A stretch of DNA of 64,000 bases, taken from contig OZ251539.1 in assembly GCA_965243135.1 (NCBI GenBank), forward strand, positions 1,888,001 through 1,952,000. Direction: 5' to 3'. The stretch is from Alphaproteobacteria bacterium. GTDB taxonomy: Bacteria; Pseudomonadota; Alphaproteobacteria; MPNO01; UBA830. Both the position numbers and the translations under genes were made by a program. Below are positions 42,833 to 52,961 of this stretch, piece by piece; position 1 is the stretch's first letter; each line of letters begins with the position of its first letter. Below the pieces are notes generated by a model. The model was given only the letters and a program-made list of their open reading frames with translations, made no database searches and had not been told where the DNA came from.

Positions 42833-43339
42833 ATGGCCGACCGGCCCGGCGAAGGTGTCGTTCGGCGTTCGAGGGACGCCTACGGCGAGACCTTCACCGC
42901 CGACCTCCTCGAACAATACAAGCTCTATGTACAGTCGGCCGAGCGCGCCCGCCGCCTCGCCTCGAGCCGTTTGCTCCTCGCCCTTAACGCCGGACTCGCT
43001 GCCCTGTACGGCATCCAGCCCGAGGGATTCGGCCAGAGTTGGTGGGCGGTGGCCGTTCCGATCTTGGGTATCGCGGTCTCCTTGCTCTGGTCCCGGATCA
43101 TCCGGTCATACAAGGAGCTGAACCACATCAAGTTCGAGCTAATCCACGAGATCGAACGGCACTTTCCGGCGGCACCGTACACATGCGAATGGCGGCTGGC
43201 GAAGCAGGGCCGGGGCCGGTCGTATCGCGCTGTGACCCACATCGAGCGATGGCTCCCGCGGACATTCATTGCCCTGCACGTCATCTCGGGAATCGCACTG
43301 GTCGCAGGGGCGGATCTACCGGCACTCTCAGGACGATAG
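42833..43339 (+). CDS. Small membrane protein with 2-3 TM segments (SLATT/RipA-like effector type)
   Basis: LLEQYKLYVQSAE..RR...LALN, TM, W..IIRSYKELN..KFELIHEIE..FP..PY..EW...THIERWLP..F; 3 bp after the TIR stop. Confidence 0.7.
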   Translation: MADRPGEGVVRRSRDAYGETFTADLLEQYKLYVQSAERARRLASSRLLLALNAGLAALYGIQPEGFGQSWWAVAVPILGIAVSLLWSRIIRSYKELNHIKFELIHEIERHFPAAPYTCEWRLAKQGRGRSYRAVTHIERWLPRTFIALHVISGIALVAGADLPALSGR

Positions 43340-43944
43340 CCGCGGGCCCGGGGAGGTCCGCCGGAACCGCACCCGGCTTCCCCACTTCGGAACCAACCAC
43401 GCGGACGGTGCTCCTGCCGCCGGGCTTCGGCTATGACGTGATGTCGAGGCGCTCACCCCAAGGATCGCGCAGATACTCGGGGGCACCTGTCCACAATTGC
43501 ACCACAGCGCAGGGAACGGCGGCGGTACGGCAGGGTAGCGATATCCTACTCGCGTGTGTCCACCTGCACCCTGACGAGGACATCGGGCTTGAGCTCCTCG
43601 CTTTGAAGGCGTCGACAGCACGCTTGGCGAGGGGGTGCGGTCCGAATTTCCTTGACTGGACGCCCGAACCCGGAACGGTTATGTCGGCGAGCGCCGCAAG
43701 GACAGGAGAACTATACCCAAAGTTACACGGGCCGATATACTGCGGATGAGTGCTTCAACATACCCGCGCTTTTTCATTCCCAGGGAGTGGCTGGCGTTTG
43801 GTGGACCAGAAGCTGACAAAGCGCACTACGCGCGCCTACCGGTCGGGCGACGCGCGAGCGGCAAGCGTTGCCGCCGGGCAGCGCGAGCGGCAAGCGTTGC
43901 CGCCGGGCAGCGCAACCGCAAGGCTGGCCGACGCGCGGCGGCGA

Positions 43945-44990
43945 CTCACGCCGACGCCGCGGCGCGCCTTTCCAGCACCAGCAGGGCAAAGACCCCGGCG
44001 AGCGCGGCAACCACCACAGTCCGTCTCGCGGTCGAAGATCCCCCAGCAAGACCCCTGTCGCCGCGCCTAGGGAATGGCCGCCGAACAGCAGCCCGAGGCC
44101 CCGCAAGCCGCGTCGCGACGATGTTGGCGATCACCGGGAAGGCGGCAAAGTTGAGAACGCCGAAGAGGGCCGCGAAGAGAAACAGGACGGAGGCCGCGAC
44201 GAACAGCAGCACGACGAAGGCCAGAGCGCGGCCAAAGAACATGCTCGCCAGCAGTCGCGGACGATGGACATGGTCCGCCGAAAACAGGACGACGCCGGCC
44301 CGTGAACCCCGTAAGCGGCGGAGCCCTCGACGAGGGTGAAGCCGCAGGTCAGGGCGTAGGGAATGAAATACGCGTCGATTATCCCGGCCGTCGTGAAGCC
44401 GCACAGCGCGAAGGCGGCGAGCAGCAGCAGAAAAGTCCGTTCCCGGAACAGGGACTTCAGGCGGTCGGACAGGGAACCGTCGTCGGCCGCAGCGGCGGCA
44501 GGCGTCGGCAGGTTTTCCGGCGGCGGCCTGAAACAAAGGACGACCAGCAGGGAGAGCACCGCCGCGCCCAGGTAAGAAGTCCGCCAGCCGAGCGACGCGA
44601 CGCCCAGAAGCGACAGGACCGGAAGCTGTCGCCGCGCCCGAAACGGCGAGGCCGATCGCCAGTCCGCGCCCGCGAACGAAGTAGCGGGAAACCGCGGCCG
44701 TGACCAGCGGCAGCGAGACGGCCGCCCGCCCGCCCACGAGCCCGAACGGAAGGTAGGCGGTTCCGCGCGAAGGCGGTGCCGCCGGCAGCGAGCTGCGCTC
44801 CGTAGCGGTCCCTGCACAGCCACACCATCGGCGACCCGACGCCACCCAGGGCGGCGCCCGCCTGCGCTCCCGTCCACCCGAGTTCCGACTGCCAAGACGG
44901 GAGAACCATGCTCACGGACGACCGCGCGCCGAAAGTGAAGGCCAGCGCGGCGAAGCAGACGACGGCCGGCGCGCGTCTCGCCGGTCACCG
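43945..44990 (-). pseudogene. MFS transporter remnant (full span, many microdeletions)
   Basis: Pieces of the 31182-32303 protein in alternating frames. Confidence 0.8.
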
Positions 44991-45084
44991 GAGTCGCGCT
45001 CCTGCGCCGCGCCGCCCGGCGCGCCGCCGAAAACGGACGGCCGCAACTCCGGAAGAGCCGCGTCGGCAACCAGCGGCCGGTCGA

Positions 45085-45375
45085 CGGGCGGCGTAGGCGT
45101 CGAGGCGCACCGGCTTCACCCACGCGACCTGCTGTCCTTCCGTTCACGCGCCCTCCCCATTTCCGGCAGACGTAAAGCGGCCAGGTGAAAATCGTCGGTG
45201 AGACGCGAAGGTGAACGGCGAAAGGCAGCTCTCGTCGACGTCGAGTTCCTCCCGAAGCTCCCGGGCCCGGCGTCTCCCCGCCGCCGGCCGCCGGGGAATT
45301 CCCCCGCCCTGCCCTGCGGCCGCCGCGCGACGCGCCCGTCGACGAGAGCCGCCGTGACGACGAGAACGACCGCTT
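45085..45375 (-). pseudogene. mutT: mutT remnant (most complete)
   Basis: VVLVVTAALVDGRV, EFPG, GETP, RELREELDVDESCLSPFTFASH, PLYVCRKWGG, WVKPVRLDAY in shifting frames. Confidence 0.75.
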
Positions 45376-45569
45376 CTCCCGCCCCGCGGTGCGGAACCCG
45401 GAGCGCCGCCCGGCCCGCGAAGCCTGCAGGGAGACGCCGCCGGCCCCGAGGCGGCCTCCTCGGCCGGGCGGCCCGTCAAGCCGCGCGACGAACCGGCGGA
45501 ACCGGCTGCCGCCGCAGGCCGAACCGCGGGCGGCGTTCTTTCGCGGAGGCGGCCGTGACGGGAAGCCGT

Positions 45570-47949
45570 TCAGGCGGGCTCGCAGCCGACGACGTTGCGC
45601 TCCTCGCGGCTGAACTCCACCCCGACCAGGTGGACCGAACGTCCGAAATGGCGGTACTTGTCCGCGTAGCCCTTCTCCCGCAACTGCGCGAGCGCGATCC
45701 CCTCCCGTCCGCGCTCCACCACCTTGAACTCGAACAGGTAGACGCGCCCGCCGGAGCGGATCGCCATGTCGGCGCGCCCCCGGCTGCCGCTGTCCTCGGC
45801 CACCGGCTCGAGGCCCTCCATCAGGAAGCAGCTGTGGATGACGCTCGCGTAGTGGGCCTCGTACACCGGGCTGTTCATGTACCACTGGTGCGGGATGGCG
45901 GCGAAGACGCCGCGGAACAGGGTCTCGACGCGCTTGAAGTCGTTCGCCGCCAGCACCCAGCCGCAGGTTCTCCGTCTCCTCGCGGGCCTCGTCCGGGAGC
46001 AGTTCTTCCAGCAAGGCCTCGCCCAGGCTCTGGCGCACCTCGAGGTTCGGGTAGTCCAGCCGGTAGCGCCCGTCCTCCTCGCCGGCGATGGGTAGAGTCG
46101 AGGACTGGCGCGTTAGCTTTAGGGTCCGGTGGATGTTCCGTCGCTTTCGCTCCGGGCCTCAGTCCGGCTCCCGTGGCCACGTTTCCAGTCCCCGCTCTCC
46201 GAACCGGACGTGCGGATTTCCCGCGCCTCCAGCAGGATCATGCGTCTCGCCCACGGATGGATTGTCAGCGTTCCCAAAAAACGGCCGGTTTTCCGGACCC
46301 GGGAGTTGCACCGTCTCCCATATTTTCCGCCTGTTCTCGCTTTCCAACCCGTCGCCGAGCCTGTTTACGCCTCGACGACCCCGGCCTCTCGACCGGGTTC
46401 CTTCGCTTCTGCATGTGACGCTTCCGGGATCTCTGGCATGTAGTCGGTTGTTAGGCATAGCCAATCTCCGAGCCCTTCTCCCTTGCGGCGCCCTTCCTCG
46501 CCTGAGGCCCCTTTCCTCCGCCGGCGTTACCCGGCTTCTCCGGTACTACGGGCCTCTCCGCCACCCTGCCGGCCCGGCCTGCCCCTCGCGGGGTTCCGGT
46601 TGACTCGTGCGCGTCACCGACAGGGCTTCCCGTGTTGCTGCTTCCTTCATCTTCCATGCGTGCCGACATCACTACCCCGGCGGAAACGGTCGGTGCTTTT
46701 GTCGTTCTCTTCCCGACCGTCGGCGGCTTTCCCCTAACCTCAGGAGGGTCAGCTTCCGCATTGACCGTTTCGAGGCCTGCTCAATGTTCACTACTCGTTT
46801 CGGCCCGCGTGTTCGCTGAGCGGCCTTCGCCGCCCTTTCCCAGAGTGCTTCAGCCTACATCGTTACCTCCGTAAACCGCCCTGGCCGCTACCAACCGGAA
46901 CGACAGTTGTTGGGTGGGATTCGCACCCACCAGAAGAAAGCGCCTTTCCACGGCGCACTGAGGTAGCCGGTCTGGAACAGAAGCGCCTGGACCGACATCC
47001 TGTCCACGTCGAAGGTCGAGAGCAGGCTCTCGCTGCCGATCATGCCGTCCAGGCGGGGAGTGGGCAGGTTGCGGCGCGCCAGCGTCTCGATCAGGAAGGT
47101 CGGCGTGCCGCTCTCGAACCAGTAGTTGCCGAACTTGCGTTTGTCGAACAGCAGCAGGAGGCCGAACGGGTTGTAGACCCTCTCCGGTCCGAGCCAGTTG
47201 TAGCCGTTGTACCAGCGCCGGATCTCGTCCCGGTCCAGGCCCTCGAGTTCCGGGGCGAAGACCGCGTCCAGTTCCGCGTCCGTGCAGCCGCAGATGGCGC
47301 CGTAACGCTCGTCCAGCGTGATGTCGTTCAGGTTGTTCAGGCCCGAGAACAGGCCCGTTAACTTGCTCACCCCCGTCAGGAAAACGAAACGGAGATGCCT
47401 GTCGCAGTCCTTGATCATCGCGTAGAAGCCGCGCAGGAAGCTGCGGTTGGCCAACGCCAGTTCCCGGTCGCCGAGCGCGTCCAGGATCGGCTTGTCGTAT
47501 TCGTCCACCAGAACGACCGCCCGCCGCCCGGTGCGCTCGTGCAGCGTCCTTATCAGGCGCCGGAAACGGACCGCCGCCCCGGCGGGATCCGGTTCGAGGC
47601 CGGCCAGCCGCTCCGTTTCCTCCAACTGGTCTTCCACGTTTTCCCGAACGAGGTCCGGGGAGTCGAAATTGCCCCCGCCGAAGCTGATCCGCACGACAGG
47701 ATGGCGCGCCGACCAGTCCCACTTGCCGTGCACGGCGAGGCCCCGGAACAGCTCCTCGCTCCCCTCGAACAACTCCTGCAGCGTGTCCACCAGCAGGGTC
47801 TTGCCGAACCGGCGCGGACGCGACAGGAAATAGTACTTGCCCCTCTCGACGAGGCGGCGCGCATGCTCCGTCTTGTCGACGTAGTAGCAGTCCATCCCCC
47901 GGATCTCCCGGAGGGAGGAAAAGCCGATCGGAAGCATGCGTTTCGTCAT
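45570..47949 (-). pseudogene. ATPase-nuclease copy 10, interrupted by a group II intron and frameshifted
   Basis: Exon 1 47949-46959 (…FQTGYL), exon 2 46091-45570; extra 5-nt deletion near 45955. Confidence 0.9.
46092..46958 (-). mobile_element. ORF-less group II intron (867 nt), precise insertion
   Basis: 5' GTGCG, 3' ...CTCGACTCTAC; removal restores GGCTACCTCA|CCATCGCC exactly; EBS1-like TGAGGT (46742-46737) is complementary to the exon end ACCTCA; domain V 3' strand intact. Confidence 0.9.
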
Positions 47950-48269
47950 TCGAAGAGAGTAGGCCGCCGCGCCGGAACCGTCAAGAAGTCGGCGGCGGCA
48001 TGCCTGTCCGGGTCCCCTGGCGCGGCAAGCAGCCGGCAGTTTCCGCGGCGGCACGGGCCGCCGACGGGGAAAAGCGCGGAGGCGCAGCTACGCTTCAGGC
48101 GCTTACCGGTCGGGCGACGCGCGGCAGCGACTCACGCCGCTGCCGCGGCGCGCCTCTCCGGCGCCAGCAGGGCAAAGACCCCGGCGAGCGCGGCAACCAC
48201 CAAAGTCCGTCTCGCGGTCGAAGATCCCCGAGCAAGACCCCTGTCGCCGCGCCCAGGGAATGGCCGCCG

Positions 48270-49285
48270 CCGACGCCGAGGTCGACCTCAAGGTCGATCT
48301 CCTCGCCCTTCATGTGGGCGGCGACCGGCGCTTCGTCGTAACCCGGAACCGCCCTCCCCTTGTCGGCCACCGGAACGCCGCCGATGCTGATGCGCAAACG
48401 GTCGCGATCGGCTTCCTCTCCCGCCTTGCCCACCGCCATGACGATCCGCCCCCAATTGGCGTCTTCTCCGGTGATCGCCGTCTTCATCAGCAGGGAGTTG
48501 GCGATCGAGAAGGCGACGTTGCGCGCCGCCCGGGGCGACGCCGCGCCGGTCACGGTGACGGCGACGAACTTGGTCGCGCCTTCGCCGTCGCGAACGATCT
48601 GGTGCGCGAGATCGAGGAGGATTTCGTCGAGGGCCGAGCGGAATCGCCGCAAGCGCGGATCCGAGGCGTCGACGACCGGGTCGTGCCCGGCCGCGCCGGT
48701 CGCGAACAGCAGAACCGCGTCGTTGGTCGAGGTGTCTCCGTCGACGGTGATCGAATTGAAGGACTTGTCGGCGCTCCGGGACAGAAGCCGCCGGAGCGCG
48801 GCGGCGCCGACCGCCGCGTCCGTGAAGACGAAGGCCAGCATCGTCGCCATGTCGGGCGCGATCATGCCGGATCCCTTGGCGATGCCGCAGACGACGACTT
48901 CGGCGTCTCCGACGCGGGTCTTTCTCCACGACCCCTTCGGAAAGGTGTCGGTGGTCATGATGGCCTCCGCGGCCTCTTTCCAGCCATGCGGGGCCAGGGA
49001 GTTCCGCAGGCTTTCCAGCGAGTCCCGGATGCGCTTGTCGGGAAGGGTCTCGCCGATCACGCCGGTCGAGGCGACGAGCACGTGGGATCCGGAGCACGAC
49101 AGCGCGGCCGCCGTCCGGGATTTGGTCAACACGCCGGCCGCCCTGGTTCCGGGCGCGAGCGACGCGAGAAACACGTCCAGCCGTCCGGCGTAACGCAGGC
49201 CGCAACAGGCGGCCGCGAGCGAAACGCCCGGGACGGGAGGCATGTCCGGAAAGCCGCCGGGGGCGAGCGGCGAGAGCTTCTTCAT
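48270..49285 (-). pseudogene. argJ: ArgJ with internal deletion and 3' end replaced by an MFS remnant
   Basis: TKSRTAAA|LSCSGSH deletion; IVRDGEGATKFV, IANSLLMKTAITGEDANWGRI present; then GGHSLGAATG (MFS). Confidence 0.9.
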
Positions 49286-49453
49286 GCGCCTGTCGACTCT
49301 CTCAAGCGGCCCGTAACGGCCGTATCGTTTATGCCCACCGAAACGAGGCTACTGCAACCTCTGCAAAAACAAGTCATTCAATACCGTCCGGGTCGTCGCG
49401 GCGGGCCGGCTTCGCGGGGGCTACTGCAACCTCCGCAAAAACCAGTCATTCAG

Positions 49454-49625
49454 CAGCAATTCCCGCTAAGGCGGCCGCACGTCCGGAAGGTGCGCCGAGA
49501 AGGCGAAATCACCAAGGGACAAGCCGCCGCGACAAATCCCTCAGGCAAATCGCACCACCCGGAAAAATCTACGACAAATTTTTCTGAAACCCCATATTTT
49601 CCAAGGGCCATAGCGGGAATTGCCG
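49454..49625. mobile_element. 172-bp MITE copy
   Basis: Same TIRs; same context as 27684-27855; a right-end-only copy ends at 55294. Confidence 0.8.
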
Positions 49626-49990
49626 GTCGGTCAGCCACCATGCGCGTTGCGCTTCAAACTTGAAGGGGCGCTCCTCGGCGTCGAGTTCCTCCCTGAGCTC
49701 CCGGGCCCGGCGTCTCTCCGCCGCCGGCCGTCGGGGAATTCCTTGCCCTGCGGCCGCCGCCACGACGAGAACGACCGGCTCTCCAGCCCTGCGGCGCGGA
49801 ACCCGGAGACGCGCCCGACCCGCGAAGCCTGCCGGCGCGCGAGCGCCTGCAGGGAACCGTCGTCGGCCGCGGCGGCCTCCTCGGCCGGGCGGCCCGTCGA
49901 GCCGCGCGACGAACCGGCGGAACCGGCCGCCGTCGCGGGCCGAACCGCGGGCGGCGTTCTTTCGCGGAGGCGGCCGTGACGGGAAGCCGT

Positions 49991-51529
49991 TCAGGCGGGC
50001 TCGCAATCGAACCCGACGACGTTGCGCTCCTCGCGGCTGAACTCCACCCCGACCAGGTGGACCGAACGCCCGAGACGGCGGTACTTGTCCGCATAGCCCT
50101 TCTCCCGCAACTGCGCGAGCGCGGTCCCCTCCCGCCCGCGCTCCACCACCTTGAACTCGAACAGGTAGACGCGCCCGCCGGCGCGGATCGCCATGTCGGC
50201 GCGCCCCCGGCTGCCGCTGTCCTCGGCCACCGGCTCGAGGCCCTCCATCAGGAAGCAGCTGTGGATGACGCTCGCGTAGTGGGCCTCGTACTTCGCGACG
50301 GGGCTGTTCATGTACCACTGGTGCGGGATGGCGGCGAAGACGCCGCGGAACAGGGTCTCGACGCGCTTGAAGTCGTTCGCCGCCAGCAATTCGCCCAGCC
50401 GCAGGTTCTCCGTCTCCTCGCGGGCCTCGTCCGGGAGCAGTTCTTCCAGCAAGGCCTCGCCCAGGCTCTGGCGCACCTCGAGGTTCGGGTAGTCCAGCCG
50501 GTAGCGCCCGTCCTCCTCGCCGGCGATGGTGAGGTAGCCGGTCTGGAACAGAAGCGCCTGGACCGACATCCTGTCCACGTCGAAGGTCGAGAGCAGGCTC
50601 TCGCTGCCGATCATGCCGTCCAGGCGGGGAGTGGGCAGGTTGCGGCGCGCCAGCGTCTCGATCAGGAAGGTCGGCGTGCCGCTCTCGAACCAGTAGTTGC
50701 CGAACCTGCGCTCGGCGAACAGCAGCAGGAGGCCGAACGGGTTGTAGAGCCTCTCCGGCCCGCGCCAGTTGTAGCCGTTGTACCAGCGGCGGATCTCGTC
50801 CCGGTCCAGGCCCTCGAGTTCCGGGGCGAAGACCGCGTCCAGCTCCGCGTCCGTGCAACCGCAGATGTCCGAGAACTCCGGCGCCAGCGTGATGTCGCGC
50901 AGGTTGTTCAGACCCGAGAACAGGCCCGCCTTCGAGAATTTGCTCACTCCCGTCAGGAAAACGAAACGGAGATGCCTGTCGCAGTCCTTGATAACCCCGT
51001 ACAGGCTGCGCAGGAAGTCCCGGTTGGCCCGCGCCAGTTCCCGGTCGCCGAGCGCGTCCAGGATCGGCTTGTCGTATTCGTCCACCAGCACGACCGCCTG
51101 CTGCCCGGTGCGTTCGTGCAGGTCCGCGATCAGTTCCCGGAAGCGGACCGAAACTCTGGCGCCGCCCGGCTCGATGCCGGCCCGCCTCTCCGCCGCCTTC
51201 AGTTGCGATTCCGTTTCTTCCCGAACTCCGTCCGGGTCGCCGAAATCGCCCCCGCCGAAGCTGATCCGCACGACCGGATGGCGCGTCGACCAGTCCCACT
51301 TGCCGTGCACGGCGAGGCCCCGGAACAGCTCCTCGCTTCCTTCGAACAGCTCCTGCAGCGTGTCCACCAGCAGGGTCTTGCCGAACCGGCGCGGACGCGA
51401 CAGGAAATAATATTGACCACCCTCGACAAGGCGGCGGACATGGTCCGTCTTGTCGACGTAGTAGCAGTCCATCTCTCCCCGGATTTTCCGGAGGGAGGTC
51501 AAGCCGATCGGAAGCATGCGTTTCGCCAT
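49991..51529 (-). CDS. AAA-ATPase-like + PD-(D/E)XK nuclease protein (copy 11, intact)
   Basis: All motifs present; start MAKRMLPIGLTSLRKIRGEMDC. Confidence 0.93.
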   Translation of the reverse strand: MAKRMLPIGLTSLRKIRGEMDCYYVDKTDHVRRLVEGGQYYFLSRPRRFGKTLLVDTLQELFEGSEELFRGLAVHGKWDWSTRHPVVRISFGGGDFGDPDGVREETESQLKAAERRAGIEPGGARVSVRFRELIADLHERTGQQAVVLVDEYDKPILDALGDRELARANRDFLRSLYGVIKDCDRHLRFVFLTGVSKFSKAGLFSGLNNLRDITLAPEFSDICGCTDAELDAVFAPELEGLDRDEIRRWYNGYNWRGPERLYNPFGLLLLFAERRFGNYWFESGTPTFLIETLARRNLPTPRLDGMIGSESLLSTFDVDRMSVQALLFQTGYLTIAGEEDGRYRLDYPNLEVRQSLGEALLEELLPDEAREETENLRLGELLAANDFKRVETLFRGVFAAIPHQWYMNSPVAKYEAHYASVIHSCFLMEGLEPVAEDSGSRGRADMAIRAGGRVYLFEFKVVERGREGTALAQLREKGYADKYRRLGRSVHLVGVEFSREERNVVGFDCEPA

Positions 51530-51699
51530 CGGAAGAGAGTAGGCCGCCGCGCCGGAGCCGTCAAGAAGTCGGCGGCGGCCAGCCTGTCCGGGTCCCCTGG
51601 CGCGGCAACCCGTTCGTCGCCGACAGCGCCCCGCAGAAGCGGCAGCGCTCCGCCCGCCGCAAGCGAAAGGCGTCGCCCGACCTGGAAGTCGCCTGCGGA

Positions 51700-52219
51700 G
51701 GGCCTTCCTAAAGACCCGTGGCGTCGACGCTGACGCTGCCGTCATCGCCGACCGTCCCGCGCCTCTCGTAGTCGGCGCCGGTCGAGCCCGCCTCGCCAGC
51801 CCGAACGGCGACGGCGTCGACGCCGCCGACCGCGCCCAATCTTTCCAGCGCATCGTCGACGCCCTGCTTCGTGAGGCGCCCATCGTCGGCGAGATCGGGA
51901 TCCTGGAGCACGGTCACTTGGGTCGCGGCGCCGTCGCCCCTGATCGCGAAGGGCGCCCCGTCGGCGTTCAAACGGCCCTTCGGACCGACGATGACGCTGC
52001 CGCCGCCGGTCAGCTTCACGGCCGCGCCCCCTCGGAATTGCCGCCGGTCACCTCGCCGTTGATGATGATCACCGACCGGACCGAAGAACCTCGGTTCGGG
52101 CATGAAGTTTCCCCGTTCACGGGGGAATCGCATTCGTTGTCCGCGTTCGCGCCCACCGGCGCCAGGGCAAGAAAGAAAGGCATCGCTGCGAAAACCGCGG
52201 CGCGTTTCAGAAATCGCAT
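51700..52219 (-). pseudogene. Remnant of a secreted, possibly autotransporter-like protein
   Basis: Signal peptide MRFLKRAAVFAAMPFFLALAPVGANA, then Gly-rich beta-strand pieces (VIIINGEVTGG; VKLTGGGSVIVGPKGRLNADG) in different frames. Confidence 0.45.
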
Positions 52220-52961
52220 GGGAACCCCGAAACCCCGGTTGCGGAGACGAACCGGCAATCTATAGACCACGTTGGCGGACAACGCTCAAGACCAAACCAA
52301 TCCTCCGCGCCGTTCTTCGAGTCTCCTCCTGTCGGCGCCAAAGCGTGCGGTCGGCAATCTCCGTCGCGAGGGCAGCCGGCATGCCGTCGGTCCCGTCAGG
52401 CGGCCGCCCCGGCCTCCGTCCACGAAGGAGCCGGATCGCGACGGCACCTTTCCGCCGGGCGAAGCCGCTTGGCGCGTCGAACCGCGCCGCACCGGGCCCG
52501 ACGAACGAACCGACGGCCAAGAAACGCTCGATCCTGCCGCTGCGAAACCGTCGGGCCGCTCCGGTCCCCGGGCGAGCGGAGCGGCCGCCCCGCCCGCCGC
52601 CGAGACCGCGTCCGACGCTACGGAGTCCGAAACCTGGGAGGCGCGCCGACGCGGTTTCAGAAGCGCACGGCGAAGCCGATCCCGCCGTTGAACTCGCCGT
52701 TGCCGCTGTCGCGCGACGCGCCCGTCGACGAGGGCCGCCGCGACGGCGAGAACGACCGGCTCTCCCGCCCTGCAGCGCGAAACCCGGAGACGCGCCCGGC
52801 CCGCGAAGCCTGTCGGCGAGCGAGCGCCTGCAGGGAGACGCCGCCGGGCGCGGCCTCCTCGGCCGGGCGGCCCGTCAAGCCGCGCGACGAACCGGCGGAA
52901 CCGGCTGCCGCCGCAGGCCGAGCGGCGTTCTTTCGCGGAGGCGGCTGTGACGGGAAGCCGT

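Noticed and set aside
43340-43830. Possible third gene of the TIR operon
   Set aside because: Lower-GC stretch with no convincing ORF, start or motif.
46159-46464. Intron-encoded reverse transcriptase
   Set aside because: Too short and no YADD or other RT motifs; at most the fused ends of a deleted ORF.
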